Virus record (IMG/VR): IMGVR_UViG_2630968712_000015
Source of the DNA: a virus
Taxonomy: Duplodnaviria; Heunggongvirae; Uroviricota; Caudoviricetes
Direction: 5' to 3' (one strand)
Length of the DNA: 12,610 nt
How positions within the stretch are numbered: the stretch's first letter is position 1; every line of letters begins with the position of its first letter. Of the stretch, positions 1-7,301 are shown piece after piece. The notes below the pieces were generated by a model. That model made no database searches, was not told the origin of the DNA, and saw nothing but the letters and a program-made list of their open reading frames with translations. The position numbers and the translations under genes were made by a program.

Positions 1-60
1 ATGAGGTTTGGGTACATTGCTTTGGGTACACCCCCTATTCAAAGTTTGGATATTCGCAAA

Positions 61-1320
61 ATGCCAAAACTAACAGACATGCAGATCCGCGCATGGATTA
101 AGAGCGGAGAGCGATTCGAGGGGCGGGCAGACGGTAACGGTTTATACCTACGTTACCGTGAAGCCGACAAAACCCCCACATGGAGATTCCGCTATAAACT
201 CGCAGGGAAGTCCCGCGCCATGCTAATTGGTTCGTATAGCGAGCTATCACTATCAAAGGCCAGAGAGACAGCCAAAGAGCTATCGGCTCGCGTTGCGCTG
301 GGCTATGACGTTGCAGGAGAGAAGCAGAAGCACAAAACCGAAGCACTGGCGAAGATGGAAGCAGAGAAGAACGCTATGCGCGTTTCAGAGCTTGCCGCTG
401 AATACTTTGAGCGTCAGATCCTCCCGCGCTGGAAGCACCCCGATATACTCCGCCGCCGTATCGACAAAGATATAAACCCCTGCATTGGCAGCATGAAGGT
501 AGAGGACGTGAAACCGCGCCATATCGATGACATGCTGAAAGGTATTGTTGACCGTGGAGCGCCGACCATAGCAACGGACGTGCTGAGATGGACGCGCCGC
601 ATATTCGACTACGGAATCAAACGGCACGCGCTAGAGATTAACCCCTGTTCAGCCTTTGAGGTGGCAGACGCCGGAGGGAAAGAAGCTGCCCGTGACCGCT
701 GGTTAACCCGCGATGAGTTAATCCAGCTATTCAAAGCCATGCGCACGGCTAAGGGATTCAGTCGCCAGAACGAAATCACGTTCAAATTACTGTTAGCGTT
801 ATGCGTCCGCAAAATGGAATTATGCGCCGCACGATGGGAAGAGTTTGATTTAGATGGTGCGGTATGGCATTTGCCGGAAGAACGCAGCAAAAACGGAGAC
901 CCTATTGATATACCTCTACCTTCCCCAGCCGTTGAATGGTTGAGAGAGCTACACACCTTTTCATGTAATAGCGCATGGGTGCTTCCGGCCAGGAAGATGC
1001 AAAACAGAATGATCCCACATATTCAGGAAAGCACTTTACCCGTAGCACTGGCTAAGGTTCGCGCCGAAATGCCGGATGTGCCTAATTTCACGATTCACGA
1101 CTTTCGACGCACCGCACGTACTCATTTAGCAGCGTTGGGTGTTGATCCTGTTGTGGCGGAACGATGCCTCAATCATCGCATTAAGGGCGTAGAGGGGATT
1201 TATAACCGCCATCAGTATTTTGATGAGCGTAAAGCAGCACTGGCACAGTGGGCTGATCTGCTAGTGGCACTGGAAAGCGGAAAAGACTACAACGTAACGC
1301 CTCTCAGAAGGGCGAACTAA
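61..1320 (+). CDS. int: Tyrosine recombinase / site-specific integrase, P4 family. The ORF is open from nt 1 at the window edge; the likely start is ATG 61 (MPKLTDMQIR...).
   Basis: N-terminus LTDxxIR...GLYL...WRFRY typical of P4-type integrases; C-terminal catalytic region with HDFRRTARTHL and GIYNRHQYFDERK (His-x-x-Arg and catalytic Tyr). Length 419 aa from ATG 61. Confidence 0.9.
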   Translation: MPKLTDMQIRAWIKSGERFEGRADGNGLYLRYREADKTPTWRFRYKLAGKSRAMLIGSYSELSLSKARETAKELSARVALGYDVAGEKQKHKTEALAKMEAEKNAMRVSELAAEYFERQILPRWKHPDILRRRIDKDINPCIGSMKVEDVKPRHIDDMLKGIVDRGAPTIATDVLRWTRRIFDYGIKRHALEINPCSAFEVADAGGKEAARDRWLTRDELIQLFKAMRTAKGFSRQNEITFKLLLALCVRKMELCAARWEEFDLDGAVWHLPEERSKNGDPIDIPLPSPAVEWLRELHTFSCNSAWVLPARKMQNRMIPHIQESTLPVALAKVRAEMPDVPNFTIHDFRRTARTHLAALGVDPVVAERCLNHRIKGVEGIYNRHQYFDERKAALAQWADLLVALESGKDYNVTPLRRAN

Positions 1321-1415
1321 CTGAATAGATTGAGCCTAGCTCGACGGGGCGAAAAGCGGGAAGCCTTACCGCCTGGCTCAATCACAAAATAAGGCGCAGC
1401 GTAAAAGGTGACGCA

Positions 1416-1715
1416 ATGAAAAAATTACCACCCGCCCCTTTTTTCAGGCTTAACAGAGCAGCCGAATTATTAGAAATAGATATTGATGATCTTTTGATTA
1501 TGGCGGCGGCAGAATCTATATATTTGAGCGCGTACCTTTGCGGCTACGACGGCACATTACATAGCATCGCGAGTCTTTACCGCAATTGCTCTTTATTCCC
1601 AGACGTCAAAGAAGACTGCTTATTACTTGCCGACATAATCACTGAAGTAGAGGACGAAAAAAGCTTTAAGGCAGGCGTTGTAAATCATATAGATTGCCAT
1701 GTGCTTGGGCGGTAA
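1416..1715 (+). pseudogene. 5' fragment of an unknown gene interrupted by IS1. Native codons end at 1710; the TAA at 1713-1715 is supplied by the IS1 terminal repeat.
   Basis: ORF with SD-like AAAGGTG upstream of ATG 1416. The reading frame continues exactly into 2488..3041 once IS1 and one copy of the 9-bp duplication are removed (…NHIDCHVLG|LWHVNASY…). Confidence 0.65.
1702..1710. repeat. IS1 target-site duplication, left copy (TGCTTGGGC)
   Basis: Identical 9-mer TGCTTGGGC immediately flanks both ends of the IS1 (1702-1710 and 2479-2487). Confidence 0.9.
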
Positions 1716-1725
1716 TGACTCCAAC

Positions 1726-2229
1726 TTACTGATAGTGTTTTATGTTCAGATAATGCCCGATGACCTTGTCATGCAGCTCCACCGATTTTGAGAACGACAG
1801 TGACTTCCGTCCCAGCCTTGCCAGATGTTGTCTCAGATTCAGATTATGTCGCTCAATGCGCTGAGTGTAACGCTTGCTGATAACGTGCAGCTTTCCCTTC
1901 AGGCGTGATTCATACAGCGGCCAGCCATCCGTCATCCATACCACGACCTCAAAGGCCGACAGCAGGCTCAGAAGACGCTCCAGTGTGGCCAGAGTGCGTT
2001 CACCGAAGACGTGCGCCACAACCGTCCTCCGTATCCTGTCATACGCGTAAAACAGCCAGCGCTGACGTGATTTAGCACCGACGTAGCCCCACTGTTCGTC
2101 CATTTCAGCGCAGACAATCACATCACTGCCCGGTTGTATGCGCGAGGTTACCGACTGCGGCCTGAGTTTTTTAAGTGACGTAAAACCGTGTTGAGGCCAA
2201 CGCCCATAATGCGTGCACTGGCGCGACAT
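1726..2229 (-). CDS. insB: IS1 transposase InsB (expressed as an InsAB' fusion by -1 frameshift)
   Basis: 167-aa product ...[58 protein letters not shown]... matches IS1 InsB as recalled. Confidence 0.9.
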   Translation of the reverse strand: MSRQCTHYGRWPQHGFTSLKKLRPQSVTSRIQPGSDVIVCAEMDEQWGYVGAKSRQRWLFYAYDRIRRTVVAHVFGERTLATLERLLSLLSAFEVVVWMTDGWPLYESRLKGKLHVISKRYTQRIERHNLNLRQHLARLGRKSLSFSKSVELHDKVIGHYLNIKHYQ

Positions 2230-2423
2230 CCGACGCCATTCATGGCCATATCAATGATTTTCTGGTGCGTACCGGGCTGAGAGGCGGTGTAAGTGAACTG
2301 TAGTTGCCATGTTTTACGGCAATGAGAGCAGAGATAGCGCTGATGTCCGGCAGTGCTTTTGCCGTTACGCACCACGCCTTCAGTAGCGGAGCAGGAAGGA
2401 CATCTGATGGAAATGGAAGCCAC
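2148..2423 (-). CDS. insA: IS1 InsA (zinc-finger/HTH transposition inhibitor)
   Basis: 91-aa product [68 protein letters not shown]... is a near-identical IS1 InsA isoform. Confidence 0.9.
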   Translation of the reverse strand: MASISIRCPSCSATEGVVRNGKSTAGHQRYLCSHCRKTWQLQFTYTASQPGTHQKIIDMAMNGVGCRASARIMGVGLNTVLRHLKNSGRSR

Positions 2424-2478
2424 GCAAGCACCTTAAAATCACCATCATACACTAAATCAGTAAGTTGGCAGCATTACC

Positions 2479-2487
2479 TGCTTGGGC
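2479..2487. repeat. IS1 target-site duplication, right copy (TGCTTGGGC)
   Basis: Exact 9-bp copy of 1702-1710, directly abutting the IS1 right terminal repeat. Confidence 0.9.
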
Positions 2488-3041
2488 TATGGCATGTTAA
2501 CGCCTCCTATATACTCGACATCGCAGGGCTTGATTCTATTGACACTCCCGCACGCATATTCAGCCCCGCACACAGAAAAAGAGAACTAGACGTAAGTGCG
2601 AATTATTATTTTTTTCTCGATTATACAAAACATGCCTTCCACGAAATATCCGTAGAGGATTTGTACATAACAAGGCCGTGGGTTGAATATATCGGCGAAT
2701 GCATGGACAAAAACCAGCCCATATACAGCCCCGAAACTCGCATAAACTTACAAGCTCTTTATGAGGATGTTAAAAACGTTGAGCACGGAAACAGAGAGCG
2801 CCACAGGCAAAAGCGCGAAATTTGCCTCTTGGCGTTGATTTATGTGAAGCGGCACTACCCAGAAGAGTGTAAAGGGAAGAACGGGAAGGAAACCAACGAA
2901 GCATGGGCGAACGCCACAATAAACCACTGGGCGCTTTTGGGGGGCGGCTATGATGAGCCATCCATAGATTACCTGAAGAAACTCATAGCCGACGCAGACA
3001 GAACACCGGAAGAACGCACCACGGCAGGGAAAAAAAGGTGA
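2488..3041 (+). pseudogene. 3' fragment of the IS1-interrupted gene; the reconstructed intact product is about 282 aa of unknown function
   Basis: Frame continuity with 1416..1710 after removing IS1 and one TSD copy. The upstream part of the six-frame ORF 2304..3041 is read-through across the IS1 end, not native coding sequence. Confidence 0.65.
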
Positions 3042-3069
3042 TAGTAAATTTTACTATCACGATAGTAAA
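3040..3069. promoter_or_regulatory. Operator-like site: three alternating 9-bp half-sites GATAGTAAA / TTTACTATC / GATAGTAAA, about 85 bp upstream of alpA
   Basis: Perfect 19-bp palindrome 3040-3058 (GATAGTAAA-T-TTTACTATC) followed by a third direct copy of GATAGTAAA at 3061-3069, in the intergenic region before the AlpA-like gene. Confidence 0.4.
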
Positions 3070-3153
3070 AAATACGATCATTCCTTTTTGAGCGTGCACG
3101 CCATTAAATCCCCGTAACGAAGCAACAACTATCGCTAAGAGGTTACGGGAATC

Positions 3154-3357
3154 ATGAACATCGACACTATCCCTACAAAAGGCTATATCAGACGCTTCCG
3201 CCTGGCTGAATTGCTGGGCGTTAGTGTATCCACCATCGACCGTAAAGTAAGAAACGGTTCACTACCACGTCCGGTAAAGCTGGGAGAAAAAATAACTGCG
3301 TTTGATGCGGTTGAGATTCACAACTGGCTGGCAGAACGCCGCGGGAAGGTGGCCTGA
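3154..3357 (+). CDS. alpA: AlpA/Vis-family small HTH transcriptional regulator (prophage excisionase-like)
   Basis: 67 aa; ...FRLAELLGVSVSTIDRKVRNGSLPRPVKLGEKITAFDAVEIHNWL... matches the AlpA-family signature; SD AAGAGG upstream of the ATG; sits beside the integrase as in P4-like elements. Confidence 0.85.
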   Translation: MNIDTIPTKGYIRRFRLAELLGVSVSTIDRKVRNGSLPRPVKLGEKITAFDAVEIHNWLAERRGKVA

Positions 3358-3788
3358 TGGAAAAGAAAAACCGCCCATTACAGGCGGCTAATTCAGATAT
3401 TCGCGTATCTGATGTTACGCCCCTTACAAAATCCCTTCAAGCACCAAAGCGCACACCGAAAAAGCATCGTGCCAGAGTCTATATGCTGCGTACTGGTATA
3501 GAGGGATGGACAGAAAATGACATTCTGCGTTATTGCCGCCTTTCGTCTGGAAGGAACTACGCCAGCGAGTTAGAGCGCAGGCTTGATATTCAGCTTGAGC
3601 GTATAGACGAAAAGAACCCCGACGGGATAGGGCCACATTTACGCTATCGCTTTACCGGGCGCGGTGACGTTCTAAAAGTTATTCGGCTTGTGAACCATAA
3701 CGCCGACGCTGGCGGCTATCAGGGACTTTCTCAGCCTGAAATTGCCGACATTCTCAATCTATACCCGGACAATCTCACCGCCGCATAA
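3357..3788 (+). CDS. Hypothetical protein (143 aa), start overlaps the alpA stop (TGATG)
   Basis: ORF with SD-like GGAAGGTGG upstream of the ATG; start overlaps the alpA stop by 1 nt; no recognisable motif. Confidence 0.55.
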   Translation: MEKKNRPLQAANSDIRVSDVTPLTKSLQAPKRTPKKHRARVYMLRTGIEGWTENDILRYCRLSSGRNYASELERRLDIQLERIDEKNPDGIGPHLRYRFTGRGDVLKVIRLVNHNADAGGYQGLSQPEIADILNLYPDNLTAA

Positions 3789-3801
3789 CGGAGCCGAAAA
3801 T

Positions 3802-4419
3802 ATGACTATCGAAAAAAGCCGATTCAGTTCGGGGGCCGCCCCGCAACCCAACGTTAACACGGGAGTAATTAACGGCAACGACTTTGCCGCTATTGTTCCC
3901 GTTATTGCCGGACGCATTGGCGGGCGTGAAGCCAATATTGTGAGCGCTAAGGCGTTGCATAAAGCGCTGGGGGTGGGCCGCGACTTTACTAACTGGATTA
4001 AAGGCCGAATTGACCAGTACGGTTTTATTGCCGGAACCGATTTTATCCGTGTTGAAAATTTGAGCACGCCAAAACGGGCGAGCGCAAAAACTCGCCAGCA
4101 AATAGAGCATGATTACCTGCTATCGCTGGATATGGCTAAAGAAGTGGCAATGGTTGAACGCAACGAGCAGGGCCGCGCTATCCGCCGTTATTTCATCCAG
4201 TGCGAGGAAGAATTACAGCGTAGCGTGCCTGAAATCGCCGCCCGCTATCGTCGCCAGCTAAAAGCCCGTCTCAGTGCCGCAAACAACTTTAAGCCAATGT
4301 GCGATGCGCTGAATATGGCCCGTGCCGAGATGGGCAAAACGACGCAGCAGCGCCACTACAGCAACGAGAGCAACATGATCGCCCGTATCGTGCTGGGTGG
4401 CATGACGGCGAAGCAGTGA
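3802..4419 (+). CDS. AntA/AntB-like phage antirepressor domain protein (205 aa from ATG 3802; the six-frame ORF opens at 3742)
   Basis: Motif ...ALHKALGVGRDFTNWIKGRIDQYGFIAGTDF...DYLLSLDMAKEVAMVERNEQGRAIRRYFIQCEE... resembles the AntA antirepressor domain as recalled; GGAG SD 9 nt upstream of ATG 3802. Confidence 0.7.
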   Translation: MTIEKSRFSSGAAPQPNVNTGVINGNDFAAIVPVIAGRIGGREANIVSAKALHKALGVGRDFTNWIKGRIDQYGFIAGTDFIRVENLSTPKRASAKTRQQIEHDYLLSLDMAKEVAMVERNEQGRAIRRYFIQCEEELQRSVPEIAARYRRQLKARLSAANNFKPMCDALNMARAEMGKTTQQRHYSNESNMIARIVLGGMTAKQ

Positions 4420-4458
4420 GCGCAGGCAAATGGCATTACTGGCGAACCACGGGACAGC

Positions 4459-4611
4459 ATGAACGCAGCACAGCTTGAACACCTCGCCTATCTCGAAAGC
4501 ACCAATATCACGTTAATTGATATGGGCATGGAATATGAGCAGCGCAAAGGAGAACTCACCCGCCTGTCGCAACGCTGGCTCGCTAAACGTCTGGAGGTAA
4601 ACCATGCGTAA
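4459..4611 (+). CDS. Small ORF (50 aa), in frame with and directly downstream of the antA-like stop codon; either an independent small gene or the severed C-terminus of the antA-like gene
   Basis: ATG 4459 to TAA 4611; same frame as 3802..4419 with no stop between the TGA at 4417-4419 and this ORF; its 3' end overlaps the next gene in an ATGCGTAA junction. Confidence 0.3.
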   Translation: MNAAQLEHLAYLESTNITLIDMGMEYEQRKGELTRLSQRWLAKRLEVNHA

Positions 4612-4786
4612 CCACAATCCGATGCCGGGAAGCCGTTACAAGGATTCGCACGGGGCTGTAGTGACCGTTGAGCGCGTCGAGCATAACCGAGTGACCTTTT
4701 ACCGCGAGGGCTATCAGTCGCCATGTGTTCAGCCTTTGGAGAGATTCGTTAATGAGTTCGTGGAGGTGCGCCGTGATACTGAATGA
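4604..4786 (+). CDS. Hypothetical small protein (60 aa)
   Basis: ORF preceded by GGAGG SD (4593-4597); start embedded in the AACCATGCGTAA junction; protein-like composition. Confidence 0.45.
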   Translation: MRNHNPMPGSRYKDSHGAVVTVERVEHNRVTFYREGYQSPCVQPLERFVNEFVEVRRDTE

Positions 4787-5480
4787 ACCTGCCGCCCAGA
4801 AAGAAGCCTTTAATCTGGCTGGCCTGTTAACAAATGTTAACCCTTACAACCTTATAAAACCTGATATTGATACCGCAGCGCCCGGAGTTCCGTTACCAGT
4901 ACGCGAGGCGCTTACCCTCAACAAAAAGATGGTGAGCCGTGCACAGGAAAAACTCTTAAAGGGTTACGGTTTTATCTGGTATGACCACCTAGCAGAGAAA
5001 AGCTGTTATAGTTCAAGCGTTGCTGCAAAATCAGCAACCGGGCGTGGAAACCCGAACACACTCAGGGCGACACAGACGCCGAAAGCGTTTTTTTTTGTGT
5101 CCGATCACTACGCACATCAAATCAGCGGCCTAGTCCGTACTGTATCAATGGTGGCGTTAGTGGGGCTACGTTCGCGTAGGCCGGTTTCCTTTGTGTCCGG
5201 TATTTCCACCCCTGCTAACGTCACCGCCATTTCAGAGCGTGGAAACTCAGGCGGTGACTCCTTAAACACAAAGGAGGCTGCCGCTATGCTGGCTACTACC
5301 CCTACCCAAAAACCGCAATTTATCTGGATTATCGCCGCAGTTCGCCGCGATTGCCCGACAATTACCGCCAAAATTCATCATATTGCTGCCGAGTCTGAAC
5401 GCGATGCTCGCCGTTCTCTGGTGCGCGATCACGTCTGCTTTTTTGCTGGTCGTATCCGCATGGAGGTGGCACATGATTAA
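4773..5480 (+). CDS. Hypothetical ORF; coding status uncertain. Possible GTG start 4773 (ATG alternatives at 4752 or 4725); a strong internal SD+ATG at 5286 suggests the real gene may be only 5286..5480 (64 aa).
   Basis: GGAGGTG at 4762-4768 precedes GTG 4773; the first ~75 codons look protein-like, but 5018-5285 is hairpin-rich and uses rare codons (CTA, AGG). AAGGAGG at 5271-5277 sits 8 nt before in-frame ATG 5286. Confidence 0.35.
   Translation: MILNEPAAQKEAFNLAGLLTNVNPYNLIKPDIDTAAPGVPLPVREALTLNKKMVSRAQEKLLKGYGFIWYDHLAEKSCYSSSVAAKSATGRGNPNTLRATQTPKAFFFVSDHYAHQISGLVRTVSMVALVGLRSRRPVSFVSGISTPANVTAISERGNSGGDSLNTKEAAAMLATTPTQKPQFIWIIAAVRRDCPTITAKIHHIAAESERDARRSLVRDHVCFFAGRIRMEVAHD
5075..5096 (+). 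terminator. Possible intrinsic terminator or attenuator: short GC stem-loop followed by a run of nine T
   Basis: GACGC-CGAAA-GCGTT followed by T9 (5088-5096). The stem is only 4-5 bp, so this is weak. Confidence 0.25.
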
Positions 5481-5691
5481 AACCTACGATGTGCATATGG
5501 ATCCCCTCGAACGCACAAGCCAGATCATCACACTGACAGAAGTGATTAATGACATTCTGGTGAGCAACTCTCCCTCACGAGACGAAAAACTGAAGGCGTT
5601 ACTCGCGATATTGGATCTCGCCGTTCGTGACGTTCATTTCCTGCTGGAAGGTGGCGAAATGTCAGGAAAACGGGGGGCAACCAATGAATAA
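5473..5691 (+). CDS. Hypothetical small protein (72 aa), first gene of a translationally coupled chain
   Basis: GGAGGTG SD 5 nt upstream of ATG 5473; start overlaps the preceding ORF's stop. Confidence 0.5.
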   Translation: MIKTYDVHMDPLERTSQIITLTEVINDILVSNSPSRDEKLKALLAILDLAVRDVHFLLEGGEMSGKRGATNE

Positions 5692-5878
5692 CTCAATTAA
5701 TACCCCTCGCCTTACGTCCGCACTTCAATTAATCGAGCAAACAGCGGCTGTCCTGGTTGCTGTCAGTCTTTCGGCTGAAGAAATGGACGCTGCTGATGTC
5801 GTGGATGCGATTAAAGCGTGCTCATCTTTGGTTAACGATGCCCGTGCAGAGCTGGTAATTCTTGGGGGTGAAAAATGA
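5684..5878 (+). CDS. Hypothetical small protein (64 aa; alternative GTG start at 5627)
   Basis: ATG 5684 overlaps the upstream stop (ATGAATAA); G-rich SD-like stretch upstream. Confidence 0.45.
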   Translation: MNNSINTPRLTSALQLIEQTAAVLVAVSLSAEEMDAADVVDAIKACSSLVNDARAELVILGGEK

Positions 5879-6138
5879 ATATCAACTTAATTTATCGTCA
5901 TCCGTGTGAGCTGGAAATTGAATCATTGCTGGGGCGCGAAGAGCCATATCCAGACACATTCACTCCCGCAGATTGCGCGACTGAACGGCTTACCAGAGCG
6001 CGCACAGGTCTGGTTCATGTGATGAATGAGATTGTTCCCTCGGTGGGAGGGGAACAGGCGACAGTAATCAATAGCTGGCTACAAAAAGTTACCTCCCTGA
6101 TAGATATCAGTTTAATCGATGTGGAGAGTGCGAAATGA
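5875..6138 (+). CDS. Hypothetical small protein (87 aa)
   Basis: ATGA start/stop overlap with the upstream gene; GGGGGTGA SD. Confidence 0.5.
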   Translation: MNINLIYRHPCELEIESLLGREEPYPDTFTPADCATERLTRARTGLVHVMNEIVPSVGGEQATVINSWLQKVTSLIDISLIDVESAK

Positions 6139-6356
6139 CCAACATCCAGCTCATTGAAGCGCAATGTCGCATCGAACAGGTTCAGACTGTTTTAGGGTTC
6201 TGGCTTGAAGGGGCCAGCCCCAGCAACAGAGACAAGTTAATGATTGGCGCGGTTATGTCACTGCTCAATGGCGTACCAGAAGCTATTCAGGAAGCTGACG
6301 AATTGTTGGGCAAATATGAGTTACAGAATCATTCAGGCGAGGCGAAACATGAATAA
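6135..6356 (+). CDS. Hypothetical small protein (73 aa)
   Basis: ATGA start/stop overlap with the upstream gene; SD-like GGAGAG upstream. Confidence 0.5.
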   Translation: MTNIQLIEAQCRIEQVQTVLGFWLEGASPSNRDKLMIGAVMSLLNGVPEAIQEADELLGKYELQNHSGEAKHE

Positions 6357-6951
6357 TTTCTTAACGTTCCATGCAGAAGCAACGCCTGGCGGCGTAAACA
6401 TCATGTACCGCAGCAACGATGGCATGACAGAACGCGTTGAGACCGTCTCATATATTGATGCCGTAAATCGTCTGGATGCCGGGGATTATGACGATAAACC
6501 AGATGAAGGCATGTTTATACATCTCGCTATTGCCAGTGGCGGCAACCAGGGATATTTCGATTACACATCACAGCATCACGTGATTATGTGGCGCTGGCTG
6601 ATCGCAACAGTATTCATGCTGGAAATGAGAGAGGAAAACGGCACTGTCAGCATCATTGATGATACTGGCAATCCTTCCGAAGTGGCTGTTTATTCCAACG
6701 GCATCGTCGCCATGCCGCTGTATCCAGTAGCAGAGCGCCTCGCTATGGCAAACAACATTGAGGGCGCGATGATAGAACGTTTTGGCATCGAGTCTGGCAC
6801 AGAACGCGCCATCATTTTCTACAGAGCCATGATGGATGTGGAACAAGGAGCACTGACTCCATTTGGTCGTGAAACGCTTGCTGAACTTCACAACAGCTTT
6901 ATAGCTGAACTGAATGAAAACGGCTGGCCTGAAATGGCGCTGGCGCACTGA
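6349..6951 (+). CDS. Hypothetical protein (200 aa from ATG 6349; the six-frame ORF opens at 6244)
   Basis: ATG 6349 overlaps the stop of the preceding gene; GAGGCG SD-like sequence upstream; followed 9 nt later by the next gene. Confidence 0.55.
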   Translation: MNNFLTFHAEATPGGVNIMYRSNDGMTERVETVSYIDAVNRLDAGDYDDKPDEGMFIHLAIASGGNQGYFDYTSQHHVIMWRWLIATVFMLEMREENGTVSIIDDTGNPSEVAVYSNGIVAMPLYPVAERLAMANNIEGAMIERFGIESGTERAIIFYRAMMDVEQGALTPFGRETLAELHNSFIAELNENGWPEMALAH

Positions 6952-6959
6952 GGGGCGAC

Positions 6960-7301
6960 ATGATTACTAAAAATTTCCGACTGAATGCGCTGGCGAATAA
7001 GTATGCGGCAGCACTGTATAACCACATTACTTCCACCAGCGGCGGGGACTATTTCATGATTGATGCGGACGGCCTCGCCGTCCGTGTGGAAATCGTCAAT
7101 GGAGTAAAAGGCGTTCGCAGCCTGATTGATAGCTACGCACTGGCAGCCATGAAAGTGCGCTACCCGCAGTGGGAAATCGTGGGGATCGAGCTTCTTGATC
7201 GTTGCGTCACTAAGGACGGATTGACTGACATCGGGCGCGAGATATGGCAAAGCATGATTAATGATATGGGCGCGACCGTGGCAGGAGGCAACCATGCGTA
7301 A
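6960..7301 (+). CDS. Hypothetical protein (113 aa) immediately upstream of the primase, translationally coupled to it
   Basis: GAGGGG SD before ATG 6960; stop overlaps the primase start (ATGCGTAA). Confidence 0.55.
   Translation: MITKNFRLNALANKYAAALYNHITSTSGGDYFMIDADGLAVRVEIVNGVKGVRSLIDSYALAAMKVRYPQWEIVGIELLDRCVTKDGLTDIGREIWQSMINDMGATVAGGNHA

Larger units (their letters stand above)
1711..2478 (-). mobile_element. IS1: IS1 insertion sequence, complete 768 bp, transposase genes on the minus strand
   Basis: Terminal inverted repeats GGTAATGACTCCAACTTACTGAT at 1711-1733 and its near-complement at 2456-2478; encodes InsA and InsB; length exactly 768 bp; flanked by a 9-bp direct repeat. Confidence 0.95.

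Noticed and set aside
98-956. Several minus-strand and alternative-frame ORFs (98..346, 227..475, 374..627, 609..956) inside the integrase gene
   Set aside because: Fully embedded in a well-supported integrase CDS; no RBS or recognisable product; typical shadow ORFs.
2240-2452. Minus-strand ORF 2240..2452 (70 aa) inside IS1
   Set aside because: Alternative frame overlapping insA within IS1; not a known IS1 product.
2304-2478. N-terminal part of the six-frame ORF 2304..3041 ([16 protein letters not shown]...)
   Set aside because: This portion is read-through on the opposite strand of IS1 insA; the native coding sequence resumes only after the IS1 end and target duplication at 2488.
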